From Balamuthia mandrillaris (lineage: Eukaryota), in assembly GCA_031835245.2 (NCBI GenBank), contig JAVKOQ020000005.1, positions 248,001 through 312,000 of the forward strand: a stretch of 64,000 bases of DNA, in the 5' to 3' direction. Within the stretch, counting starts at the first letter, position 1. Each line of letters starts with the position of its first letter. A model generated the notes under the pieces. The model searched no databases. It was not told where the DNA came from and saw nothing but the letters and a program-made list of their open reading frames with translations. Shown here piece by piece: positions 26,441 to 37,709 of the stretch. The position numbers and the translations under genes were made by a program.

Positions 26441-27599
26441 GAAATACCAAAATAGTGGCTGATGGCACGGGTGCTCTCTGGGGTGTTTTGGGAGAGCAGA
26501 GCGGAGTCAGGACTTCCAGGTGGAAGCACATCTACCACGAGGCAATGTCGCATGAGGATGAAACCCATATGGCATTGTGAAAGGTACTGTTCTGAATAAG
26601 ACTCTCCACTTGGCTTGTGTCTGTTCCGCTCTTTCCGTTCCTCATCGCTTAGAAAGGCCTCATCTTCACTGCTAACTTCTATGGGGTTGTGTAGTTCCTC
26701 CGATTCTTCTTGTTCTTCCTCTTCTTCTCCTTCTCCTTCTTCTTTTCCTTTTGTTTCCTGATCATTTTGTTTCTTTTCCTCTCTCCCCTTCTCTTCCTTC
26801 TCTTTTTCCATATCCTCTGCTCCCTTCTCTATCTCATCTTCTTCCTGTTCCTTTTCCTTCTCTTCTTCTTCCGCTTGTTGTTGCTCGTAATGACCAAGTG
26901 GTTCTTTCTCATCCAATTTTCGAGTGGACCGTTTGTGTGCTGGAGGTAAAGAGTGGTCGCTATCAGTGTTTTCTTCGGGAAGAGGTCGTTTAGCGCTAGG
27001 TTTATGGAGAACAACGTAACGGGGTTGTGTCTCTTTCAGGTGATAGGTAAAACATAGCCCGTTGGAACCTGAATGAATAATTCATTGTTGAGGTGTTAAG
27101 CTTCGAAGCTAGTACTTTTGAGGAAGCAGCAACGAACCACTTGTGTAAGAGAACACAGCAGGAAGTCCTCCCCCACCACTTCCACTGGCACCAGCAGCAG
27201 GCAAGACCGTTTCATACCTGCCATTGGCCAGAGGGAGTACCAAAGAGGGAAGCACGGTAGTGGCAAGCACCCGCAGCAGTTCCTGCACAACGTACACGAC
27301 AGCTCTTTAGATGGAAACCAGGCTGGGAGGATAAAGATCGGGGAGGTGGGTGGGCGGGCAGAGTACCTCAAAGGGGAGCAAACCCCAATGCGAAGTGTCC
27401 TGTACTCGTAGCAACATGGGCAGAAGGGAGCGCCGCCCCACCCGCAGGTAATGGGTTTCCCTTTCCGCAACAAGGAAAAACATACATCATGTTTTTCATC
27501 AGTTAACTTGGCACCCCCCACCACCACCAAGAGAGCACACGCACAAAACAAGACGAACCTTACATTCCTGCTGCTGCTGCTGTTCCCAACGTCGGGCAT
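26287..27599 (-). CDS. Hypothetical multi-exon protein with long acidic tract
   Basis: Open frames with an E/K-rich tract and basic C-terminus KKKKWS, separated by intron-like pyrimidine tracts. Exon structure uncertain. Confidence 0.45.
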
Positions 27600-27723
27600 T
27601 TAGAAAAGCAGGGGGAGATTTCCCCGAGCCGCTTCTCCTCCTCACTTTTTTTTTTTTTTAAAAAAATGCACCAAAAAAAATTATCTCCGCGAAAGAAAAA
27701 GGGACGCTGCGTAGAGCAAAGCG

Positions 27724-30360
27724 ATGGGGTTTTTAACTGACGGTGGGGCCCTTCCTTGGGAACAAGCCAAGAAGTATGCTGATTACATCCGCGAGCACGG
27801 CATCTATCAGTTTCTGGCCATTTATCAGAACACGAAAACCAGGAAGGGGGATTGCCTCAAGTTTGGTGATGAAATAGAGTACATGGTCGTTCATGTGGAC
27901 GACGCTGAAAAGAAAATACGGCTCGCACTCCGTGCGCACCAGATTTTAGACGAGTTGATGAAGGAAGAGAAAGAAAATCCAACGTATATCATACCTCCCT
28001 CTCCTTCCCTCTCATTCCAAAATGTTTACTTCCCTAAACCACAGAGAAGCAGAAACCCTGTGGCGACCAGAGTACGCCAACTACATGATTGAAGGTAAGC
28101 GAGTTTGTTTGGTCTCTCTCTCTCTCTGTTGAGACATAGTTGCAAAAAAACCATGAAAAAGGCACACCAGGTAAGCCCTATGGCAACTGTGTGACGGAGT
28201 ACCTAAAGATAGAGGAAAATATGCGCCTAAGACGGAAGAGAATTCAGAGCTATTTGAACTCAAACGAAAGGCTGTTGTGTCTCACCGGTTTTCCCTTGTT
28301 GGGTGTTGGCCATTTCACGGAACCTCCTTATGAGCCGCGGGGACCTGTTGCCCTGTCCCTCTTCACTCCGGACGAGCTTATCTTCCCCCATGCCCGTTTC
28401 CGGTAAGTCTCATTTAAACGACTTTCGAGAGCTCTTTCTCTTTCGTTTCTCTCCCTCTCCTATTGTTACGGAGCGAGCTAAGCTTAAATAACAACCTACA
28501 CAAAGCACCCTTACCCAGAATATTCGAGAACGAAGAGGTAAGAAGGTAGAGATAAGAGTACCTTTGTATCGAGATAGGAATACACAGCCGTTGGACGATG
28601 GTGACCCAAAGGGCGGCGGCTACCATATCTACATGGATAGTATGGCATTTGGAATGGGTCTCTGCTGCTTGCAGTGCACATTCCAGGCCGTTGATATCAA
28701 TGAAGCCCGGTATTTTTACGACCAGTTGGCTGTGTTGTGCCCTATCATGGTATGGCAGCAAAATGCGCCCCTCTCTTTCGTCTTGAGCACTAAAGTTATT
28801 TTCTCCTTCGGCATTCTATCTCTATAGTTGGCTCTCTCTGCAGGGTGCCCAATCTTTCGAGGACATTTGGCTGATATTGATGCTCGCTGGTGTGTGATCT
28901 CCGCATCAGTGGATGACCGTACTACAGAAGAATTGGGCGAGGCATCTCTGCAAAATGATCGCTATGTCATAAACAAATCACGCTATGACAGTGTAGACTG
29001 CTACATCTCTCCTGTCCCACCTCTGGAAACCGGGTTCAACGATATTGATCTTGTGTATGACATAGATGTGTACGCTAAGCTGATGGAAAACGGTAATATT
29101 TCATCTGCAGTTTGGTAAGTCATATTTTGGCGACACTGAAGTGGTTCCTCCGTTTTTCACATGAAGGTATCGACGAGCTACTTGCCCGCCACATTGCTCA
29201 CTTATTTATTCGTGACCCACTTGTTATATATGAAGGGAAAATCGAATTGGATGATAGTAAAGCGTCCGACCATTTTGAGGTACATTCGTGCCTGCCACTT
29301 CGAAGGTGCTATTACTAACTGCTTCGCGCTGTACTTCCCGTTGGTGTACCCAACTTCCAGAATATCCAATCAACCAATTGGCAAACCGTAAGATTCAAGC
29401 CGCCGCCACCTGCCTCTAAGATTGGTTGGCGCACTGAATTCCGACCCATGGAACTGCAAATCAGCGATTTTGAAAATGCTGCCTTGGTCACCTTTATCGT
29501 GCTGCTTACCAGAATGATCAAGTCCTTCGACCTTGACATCAGAATACCTATAACCAAGGTACAATACCCTTTGTCATTAGTCGTACGGATCGTCCCTCAA
29601 TTTCCTCTAACCACAAGCGCAGGTTGACGAAAACATGGCTTCCGCCCAAAAACGGGCTGCGGTGGTGGAGCAAACCTTTTACTTCCGCACCCACATAACT
29701 CAAGGTAAGATACCTACCTAATATTTTTTTTCTGCCTACTGTAGTTCTAAGCCATCAAGCAAACAACAAAGATTGCGAGCGCAGCAGTTTGCCTCATGAC
29801 CACGTCATTCCTGAACTGGAGGAAAACAACAACGAGCTCTATCGTAAAATGACCATCAATGAGATTATGAATGGAAGTGTATGTCCCTGTTTTAACCCAT
29901 GTTCCTAATCGATTTATTTTCGTGTTTGCTGAATATAACCCCTGCCACCGCCTTTCTACTATACATGACAGGAAACCTTCGTAGGCCTTATCCCCTTGGT
30001 AGAGGAGTACTTGTCTACCCAAAATATTGACATCGAGACACGGATGCATTTGGACAAGTACGTTACTCTTATCAAGAAACGGGCGTCAGGTATTACTGCA
30101 TCTGTCTCTTTGTCATAATTCTCTGGTTCCAAGCCTGTTAGTTTTCTTTCCTGACACTTACCTCTGCAGGAGAGTTGATGACACCAGCCACATGGATCAG
30201 ACACTTTGTTCAATCACATCCTGCTTACAACAGCGATTCTATCATAACTGACGAAATAAACTATGACTTGCTGAAAACGTGCATGCAGGCCACCAATGGA
30301 GAGATTGTTATCCCGGAGCTGTTGGGCGACCTTATCGCACCATCTGACCAATCGTCATAA
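27724..30360 (+). CDS. GCLC: Glutamate-cysteine ligase catalytic subunit, multi-exon
   Basis: [78 protein letters not shown]. Confidence 0.96.
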
Positions 30361-30589
30361 ACCTTTTAAACTTTCTTGAATCTCTCTCAATTATATTGTC
30401 TCCTAAATTCCGTCCCATTTTGTGTGTTACCATTTGGACGACCTCCAGAGCCAGCCTAAGGCGAGGATATGCAAGCTGGTGGAGGGGCAGGAACAAAAGT
30501 ATCAAACAAAAAGTATCTCAAGTAGTCAAGTACGAGTTTATTTGCTCTAAAAGAAAAAAAATTTGTACTTATGTGTCAAAGTGGAGGCA

Positions 30590-31358
30590 GTTTTCGTGTG
30601 AAATTTGGCGAGCCGAAGGTGAGACAAAATTATGGGACACGAAAAATGCACGACTCTTTGAACAGATATTTGAGATTATCTGCGCGGCACACAAACGCAA
30701 AGAAAAAAAGAAGTTCCCGCCAAAAGGGACTTCCTGCCAAAACGAAATGTGTGCGTTAGAACAAAAGTGAAAAAAAAAGGTTTTTGTTATTAAGAATAGG
30801 GGAAAAAATGAAAAGGAAGTTTGCTGATGTGACGGAAGAGCAGATCAAACAGAAAATAAAAGACAAAAAACCAACAAACACCACAAAATCAGAAGAGAAC
30901 TAGGTGAAGATATGGAACGAGTGGGCAGAGCAACAGGAACTGCAACCACTTCAGCGCGCAGACTCAACGGCGTTGATTCATGGCGACATCTCTGAAGACA
31001 GGCGTGAGATTTCATACTATTTAGGAGTGGATGAGCAGTTAATCGGAGAAATCACAGGTCACCGTTCTCTTGGTGGCTTGCGCTCTTACAAGAGAACAAG
31101 TGCCTCACGAAAGTGGTGAGCGTCCCCCTTTCAATTATTCCTGCAGCCAATTTTTTCCCACTGCTCTAACTTGTTGTGCACAGCCACCTCACAAAATAAA
31201 AACCACACAAACCAATCAATAATCAAAAAACTTTTTAGTTGACGCAGAATTTGGAGCGATATTTTGCCGCTTGCTGAAATTTTTTTTTGATTGGTTTGTG
31301 TGGCAAAATATCGCTCCAAATTCTGCGTCGACTAAAAAGTTTTTTGATTATTGATTGG
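30590..31358 (+). mobile_element. Internally deleted Crypton (tyrosine-recombinase DNA transposon) remnant
   Basis: 30808-31119 reads MKRKFADVTEEQIKQKI...NTTKS..*VKIWNEW joined to GVDEQLIGEITGHRSLGGLRSYKR, resembling the Crypton/DUF3504 C-terminus with catalytic H and Y. Hairpins lie on both sides. Element limits approximate. Confidence 0.7.
31203..31358. repeat. Long inverted repeat (~58-bp arms)
   Basis: 31212-31268 ccaatcaataatcaaaaaactttttagttgacgcagaatttggagcgatattttgcc is the reverse complement of 31302-31358 with one mismatch. Confidence 0.9.
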
Positions 31359-31477
31359 AGAATTAGAAGGTGCTAGCAGATAATTTTTTTGAAGAAATAT
31401 TATGAATGTTAGTGTATAAATGTACAAAAATGTTTGTTTGTCCTGAATGCAGAATTTGTGTAGGCATGTACTCATAA

Positions 31478-33481
31478 TTATTGAACAGAAGGTTTTTGCT
31501 TCATAAGCCATGCTTCCAGCTCTCCTTTGGCAAAGTGGCGGGTTTTCAAAGCCCCAACCCATCGTGTTTGTGCATCAAAACACACACCAACAAGAGTAGT
31601 AGGTTTGCTCAAGTCTCCTTGGCTGAACTTGGCGGCATAGCTCTTTTTCTCTATCTGCAGCAAAGCCTTCTCTGCACACTGTAAGAGTTGTGCTTTATGA
31701 TCCTTGCCCACAACATGCCTATCTTGGCTCAATCCTGATTGCTCCTCCTTTTCTTTCAGAATCTTGTGCTCAACAATCCAACGCTGGTTGCTGGATTCTA
31801 GGAAGTAGTCCATGACACCATCACTGGTACTGCTTTTGAACTGAAAGGTATACTGAGATGGCAGAGCCTGCATGAGGAAGCACAACATTGCAGAGTATAG
31901 GGCTTCTGCACTGCTCAGCTCCTTGCTATTCTTTTTGTAGATGGTGTGAGGAACTGCTGAATAAAACATGTCCAGCCTCGCATAGAAGTCCTCTGGGTTA
32001 TTCTCGTTGAAGGACTCTAAGAGTTTGTCTAACTGTGTGTATTGCACAGCCTTCTTGACCTCGAGAACATGCTTGAACGAGTCGAAGAGGAAAGACGCAC
32101 GGACCTCCTTATTAGGGTAACGCAGCCTCAGCATAGCCTCCAAGCTGCTGTTCTGGCTCTCACTAGCTATGGTGAGATATCCCGTCTGGAGCAGGAGACT
32201 TTCAGTTTCAAAGAGACTCCTCCCGAGTGACTCCAATTCGATCTTTTCAAAAGAGCTAATAGGCTTTGATTCGTTTAGGCTCATTGGGATATCCACCAGC
32301 AAACACTTCAGTGTCAGAAGTCGGAGAAGCCAGGCAGGCGAGCCCTGAGTTGCCCAGTATGGTTTGAACTCCATTCGTGAAAAGAGCATGTTGATGCTGA
32401 AGGGATTGAGCACACGCTTGTCTCCTCTCCAGGAATAGCCGTTGTACCACTCGAGGATCAGCATGCGCAGATCTTCTCGGGACAGGTTTTTCTCCTTGGA
32501 TAGCACCTTAAGGTGACGGGCGAAGGCTTTTTTCACCTCTTCCCAGGTGTAGCCCAGAAGAGTGGAATATTCAGGGAAGAAAGAGATGTCTATCAGTTGG
32601 TTTGCTCCACTAAACAGTGCCGTGCACCCGAAGCGGGAGACCCCAGTCACCAACATGTATTCAAAGTGCGGGCTGAGGCTCTTTAGTACGGAAAAGAAAT
32701 TGTGGAGAATTTCCCTGTTCTCCAGAGCTTTCCCATTCTGACTGGGATCTGGGTGCAACGTGCACGTGATAGGAGCATCGTACTTTTTCATAGGGTTTAG
32801 TTAACTTGTGGAACCAGTGGTAAAAAAAAGAAGGAGGGACTGAGTTCTAACCTCATCAATGAGTACAACGATCTTTCCCTTCTTTGCCTCCTCACCCTCT
32901 GCCTCGGCCTGCGATTTTGACACAAGGCCCAAAACGAGCTGTTCCATGGTTGTTTCCAGAGACGCCTCTTTGGAAAGAGAGAATCCATTCTCTTCGGCTC
33001 GTAAATGCAGGCTTTGGAGTAATCCTTGCCGGAACGCAGGGCCACCGTCCGTTGGAAGTCTGGAAAAGTCCAAGGAGAGGACCGGAAGGTGGGCGTTCAA
33101 GAGGTGAGGGGCATTCTTCTCCACCCATAGGCCCTGGAAGAGTTGTTTCTTTCTGTCTCCATTCCTGCCGAAAACTTCCTGGATGGTTGAATGGAGAAGC
33201 GACTTGCCGAACTTGCGCGGACGAGAGAGGAAGTGTTGTGCATGGGGTTGGAGGAGGAGTGGCAGGAAGCAGGTTTTGTCAACATAAACTGTGTTGGGTT
33301 CTCTCAGTTCCGCAAAGGAGGAACTACTAGGAAGGATCGTAGGGAGACTCGTAGCTACCCTTTTTGTTTTTTTATTTTTTGCAGGTATTTGTTTGTAGGT
33401 GGTGGGGGTGGTTTTGGTTGAAAAGGAGACTGAGAAGAAAGGGAGTGAGGAGCAGCGGAGGGAGCGAAGCTTTGTAAACAT
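31478..33481 (-). CDS. AAA-ATPase-like + PD-(D/E)XK nuclease (bacterial DUF1703-type architecture), 2 exons, ~644 aa
   Basis: YVDKT, Walker A FLSRPRKFGKS, Walker B LIDE|YD split by a 69-nt GT-AG intron (32783-32851), LVTGVS, WYNGY, NPFS, LLQTGYLTI, YPNKEV, C-terminal GVMD...IVEHK and ALLQI. Confidence 0.88.
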
Positions 33482-33557
33482 GTTTTTTTTTAGCGTGTAC
33501 GTGCGTGTCCTGGCGCAGTCGTTGTCCAGTGTTGTTTTTTGGTCTTTTTTCTCTCTG

Positions 33558-33937
33558 GGCATCGTGTCGTCACGACATCCAGATACCTAAAGGCTGGTTT
33601 ACCTTCAGCGGGTCTCGAAAAATTGAGTATTCGCAGACGTGGCACGCGGGCCAACACGGCAGAGTTGTTGCGCTCGCTGCGCCAGCTCCGGGAGGCTGAG
33701 GCGTCGCCTCTGCCCAAGAAACAAGACCTTTCGGTGCCCCCAACCCGAGTGTGGCTACCAGGCCGATCGAGATGCCAACGCCGCCCGAAACATCTTGATC
33801 CGCTTTTTTACGTTACAAGCACTTACCACCTCCTCCTCCTCTGTGAGGGGGCGGTAGGCGGTAAGGTTGCTTTGGTGCCGGCACCATTGCTTATAGCGAG
33901 TCGTAAGACAAGCCGTGATTAGGCACGCCGGCATCGG
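33558..33937 (+). mobile_element. Non-autonomous TnpB/Fanzor remnant (Zn ribbon + RuvC-III) with structured 3' region
   Basis: 33639-33857 encodes ...KTFRCPQPECGYQADRDANAARNILIRF, the TnpB/Fanzor C-terminal signature. No RuvC-I/II upstream. Boundaries inferred. Confidence 0.75.
33828..33937 (+). ncRNA. Putative omegaRNA scaffold of the Fanzor/TnpB element
   Basis: 11-bp closing stem TTGGTGCCGGC / GCCGGCATCGG (with G-U pairs) enclosing hairpins GCT-TAT-AGC, GTC-GTAA-GAC and GCC...GGC. Lies at the 3' end of the TnpB-like ORF. Confidence 0.45.
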
Positions 33938-35050
33938 AATTTTTTGTTTCTCTGTTTTTTTTTTCCCCCGTCAACTAATTTTGCTTTATTTTCGTTGTCC
34001 CATTGATCGGCTTGATCTTAGTGCTCGATTTCCACCCCTGGGTCATGCGACCACAAGTTCCCATTTAGACGTTCATTCCTTGGTATTGACGTGCTCAGGC
34101 AGTTTCTTCGATGTAGAAGGTCAGCTCCAATCCTTCTGAATATAGAACCCGAGCCAAACAAAGAGAGCATAAACCGCAAGCTCTCGTTGTTGGATGCTCC
34201 ACATCCTGGCGTTGATTTCAGTGATCCTGCTGTGGCTGAAGCCCATCAGCTTGCTTGGCGCAACCTCATCATTGCCAGTTTTATCTGGTTATCTCTGTTC
34301 AATCAAAGCAAAAACTGACTGACTTTGCTGCCTTCTATCAAAGATCTACTTTCCACTCCCCATGCATTGAAAAGATTTTTTTAAAGGAAGAAAAATCAGG
34401 GCGTCCTTTCACTGAGGGGCACAACACCAAGTTTTGATTAAGGAGGAGACAACAAAGCAGGAAGATGGGTTTTTTGTTACAGACGTTAATGCTTTGGATT
34501 TTATTGTCACCGTTCTTTCTCCTGTTTTGTTGAAAAACATCCTCCGACGACGTCAAAATCTTCCTATTATCTAAGAATAGATCTATTCTTCTGCACCTAT
34601 CCCTACTGAGTATATTATGCTTGTGTTTGGCAGATCCTCTGTACACTGGGAGACAACAGAGAGTCTAGTCCAGTCAACCTTTTGGGCCTGTATGCCACAA
34701 AGCAAGACGTTTCCTTTAGGGAGCTATGCAAACATAGTTCCTCCTTGTTCTCTTTTGCATGACGCCAAAACAAAGAAAACAACGCTCTCTGTGCACTACA
34801 GAGTCTTCAACCCTCAAGGGGTATTGCAATGGCCACACCATTAGAACAGTAGGTTGCTCCTCTCGGCTCTCCTCCCCCTCTCCCCTCGCTCTCCTCTCAT
34901 ACTTTTTCTTTCTTTCTGAAACATAGTTCCAACGTCAAGCAATGAGGGTAAGAATGATTTAGATCTTTTCTTTCTTGTCTTTGGCTTTTTGTTCATTTCT
35001 TTGTACTTTTTCAGAAAGCACATGACGTCAAAGATGAAAAAGGATGGAGG

Positions 35051-35253
35051 GACGCCGACGCCGACGCCGACGCCAACGCCAACGCCAACGCCAACGCCAA
35101 CGCAGCATCGCCAGCGCCAACGCCAACGCGCCCAGCGCCAGCGTAGCGCCGCGCCGCTGCCAGCGCCAGCATCGCATAACCTGCTTACGCGCCGCAAGCG
35201 CCAGCATAGCGCCAGCATGCGCGCCAACGCCAGCATACGCCAGCGCCAACGCA
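35051..35253. repeat. CpG-rich (ACGCCA/GCGCCA)n degenerate hexamer array
   Basis: acgccg and acgcca tandem units decaying into gcgcca variants. Confidence 0.85.
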
Positions 35254-37233
35254 TCAAGGTATGCATCTTTGAACTTTTTTGCTTCTTTTTTCCATTGCTC
35301 TTCTGTGATAATAATGCCTTCTTGCAAAGCTAATGTACACAAGCGATGAAACTCCCACCAAGCTTTATATATGTTCTGGAGCGTTTTGTTTGCTTCTTTT
35401 TCTGTTGACTGGAAGAGGTCAAGAATCTCTTTGTGGTGTTGCAAAATGTGTAAGTACTCAGCTCGGTTTAAGCGGCTCCTCTTTAGTTGTTGTGCTAATT
35501 CTATCTGTGTTTGATTGTTTTTCTTTTTCTTCTTCCTTTTGTCCTCTATCTCTTTTCTTTTCTCTTCTATATCAACAATATAAATCGCCATTTCGATCAA
35601 CTTGTTGAGTGTTTGAAGATGAAGTTCATCGTCATTTTCAGTTACAAGCTCTGCCGTCTTCATCAATAGCTTACGCACCACTCCCATGACTAAATGAAGA
35701 AGGTCTGGTACAACCCGAGTTGGAGGAAACAGAAGAAGAGGTTTGTTGATGTATCCAGCATGATTGCATGCACTCTTTTCTCTTGTACTTTGTTATAAGT
35801 TCTTAATCACTTCCCAAACAACCATTCCAGGATTTTCATAGTTGATATTGTTGGGCTCTGTTCTTTTTAGCTGTTCCAGAAACTCCTTCGCTCTCTTTTT
35901 CTTTCGTATTGGCAACTTATTGATCACTTTTTCCACGGTACGAAAGCTTATCGTTTCTTCTTTCAAATTTCTATCTCCAATCTCTTGTCGTGTTGCCAAA
36001 CACCAAAAACAGCAGTATGTTGCTTTGCTTGAGTAGAAGCTATTTAGGCCACTTAGTACCTTCAAGGCCTTGAGATCCATCCACGGTAAGAAAAAGCTCA
36101 ATGTCAACTTCCTCTGCTTCAATGGTAAGTGTGCTTCCTTTCATTGCTATTTTGTTGATAACATTCAACTGACTTCCCAATTCTGCTTCAAGAGTTGAGC
36201 TATCCTCTTTTCCAAGGTACATTAACCAAGGTCGACAGTTGTGAGAAGACTTGAGCGCTTTCAGTGACCACTCATCATGGAGTGTCTCTAGGGTTCCAAG
36301 CTCCATCTGTCTATGACCACGAGCTGCTGCTTGTTGGTTGAATCCAACCTCAAGAATAAAAGAGTCGGTGACGAGACAAGAAGTGTATTCAAGAGAATAG
36401 AGGAAGGACAACGGGAGTGAATCTCCGACGTTGCTTCAAAGTACACCGAGAGAAAGGGGAAAAGGGAGAAGGGAAGGATGGAGGATACAAAAGAAAGGAG
36501 AGCTGAGGGTCCGGGACGGATCCAACATGAGGAGTCTTGAGATAAGTGTTGGTGATTTTACCAACATGCTGTTGAACCATCTAATGAAAGCTTGACTTTC
36601 ACTATGCCTGACGTTGGTGGTTTGTTGATGTTTTCTTTCAACAAACCACCTCAATGAACTCTTTGAATGGGAAAAGGTGCCCTCGTCCACCCTCAGTCTT
36701 CTCTACATTCATTGTTGCATTCAACTCCTTTATCCTTTTCTTGACATAGTACAAGCTTGCTCCTTTTGCCAGGTTGAAGGTAAGCATTACCATTGGCCAA
36801 CAACTATCTGGGATACCAATGACATCCTTCAATGCAACCAGCTGGTCAATTGGTGGCATCCAAGGCTCGTTATAAAGGTTTGTTTGTATGTGCATTGTGA
36901 TCATTGGAAAGTGTTGTGCTAACATTATCACCCCATCTACTATATTTGTTTATAAAGCACCTTTCACCGCAGCCTTTGCTACTTCTAGTTTTATGTGACC
37001 AACAGCTGGATCTACTTCTTTCATCTTTTTATTTGCAAGTTTGATTGCTTCATCTTTCTCTTCTCTTTTTCTTTTTCGTTCTCTCTCCTCTTCTTCACGA
37101 TTTTTCTTCATTGCCACTTTCTGTTGCTTGGCTGCCTCTTGGTGTTGACGTTCTTTGCAGAGCTGGCAACTATCAGAGCACTTCATATGTTCTTCCTTTT
37201 CGTGTTGCTTTTTTGTTTTCTCTGTGCTTTGGC
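35254..37233 (-). pseudogene. Decayed Transib/RAG1-like DDE transposase
   Basis: VKVKLSLDGST (first D), FLTVD-LKAL (second D, frameshifted by a GGAT duplication), YCCFWC, VVPDLLHL, KAWWEFHRL. Stops, frameshifts, an LTR insertion, and no C-terminal E region. Confidence 0.65.
36332..36566 (-). mobile_element. Solo LTR (235 bp) with 4-bp TSD
   Basis: TGTTGGT...ACCAACA termini flanked by TGCT/TGCT. Second copy at 41328-41559 next to integrase debris, which sets the strand. Confidence 0.85.
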
Positions 37234-37709
37234 ATGGCTCTTTTTTTTATTACTCTTTGTTCTTCAAAAAATAAAAAGAAAAAAAAACCAACAAAAAAGA
37301 AAAAGCTAGTGGTCAAAAATGCCGTGACCCCCTATGCAGGAAAAAACCAGTACTTACAATCAAAATATTCAAACTAGTTGCACTTTTAAGAGAGTACCCC
37401 TCATGGCAGAAACAGCCTCCTCCGCAGTGCCTACTCCTAGGAGCAAAAAATTAAAAGAAAGTAATGAACAAAAATGCAACACATGCCTTGTTGGAGTTTT
37501 TTTTTTGTTTTGTTGTTTCTTTTTCTCCCTTTTATGCTGATATCTTCTACTCTTCTTTTTTGGATATTTCTTCTAGCTTAAATACTATCTCTTCTTGCTT
37601 TTTCTTTTTTTCCTCTCAGGACAACTTACAACAAAACACAAGATACTTTACTTTTATTTGTACTCTTCACTTAATTTGAGGTTTGGGTCTTGTACTTATT
37701 TGTCTCCTC

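Noticed and set aside
33870..33950. Structured RNA followed by AATTTTTTG read as an Sm-site snRNA or a tRNA
   Set aside because: No U1/U2/U4/U5 conserved motifs and no T-loop GTTC. T-runs are common here, and the TnpB context explains the fold better.
33990..34850. Coding-looking stretch (…LRQFLRCRRSAPILLNIEPEP…)
   Set aside because: Short broken frames with no recognisable family. It may be a decayed gene but cannot be supported.
35051..35253. CRISPR array or telomeric repeat
   Set aside because: No repeat-spacer structure and not a TTAGGG-type unit.
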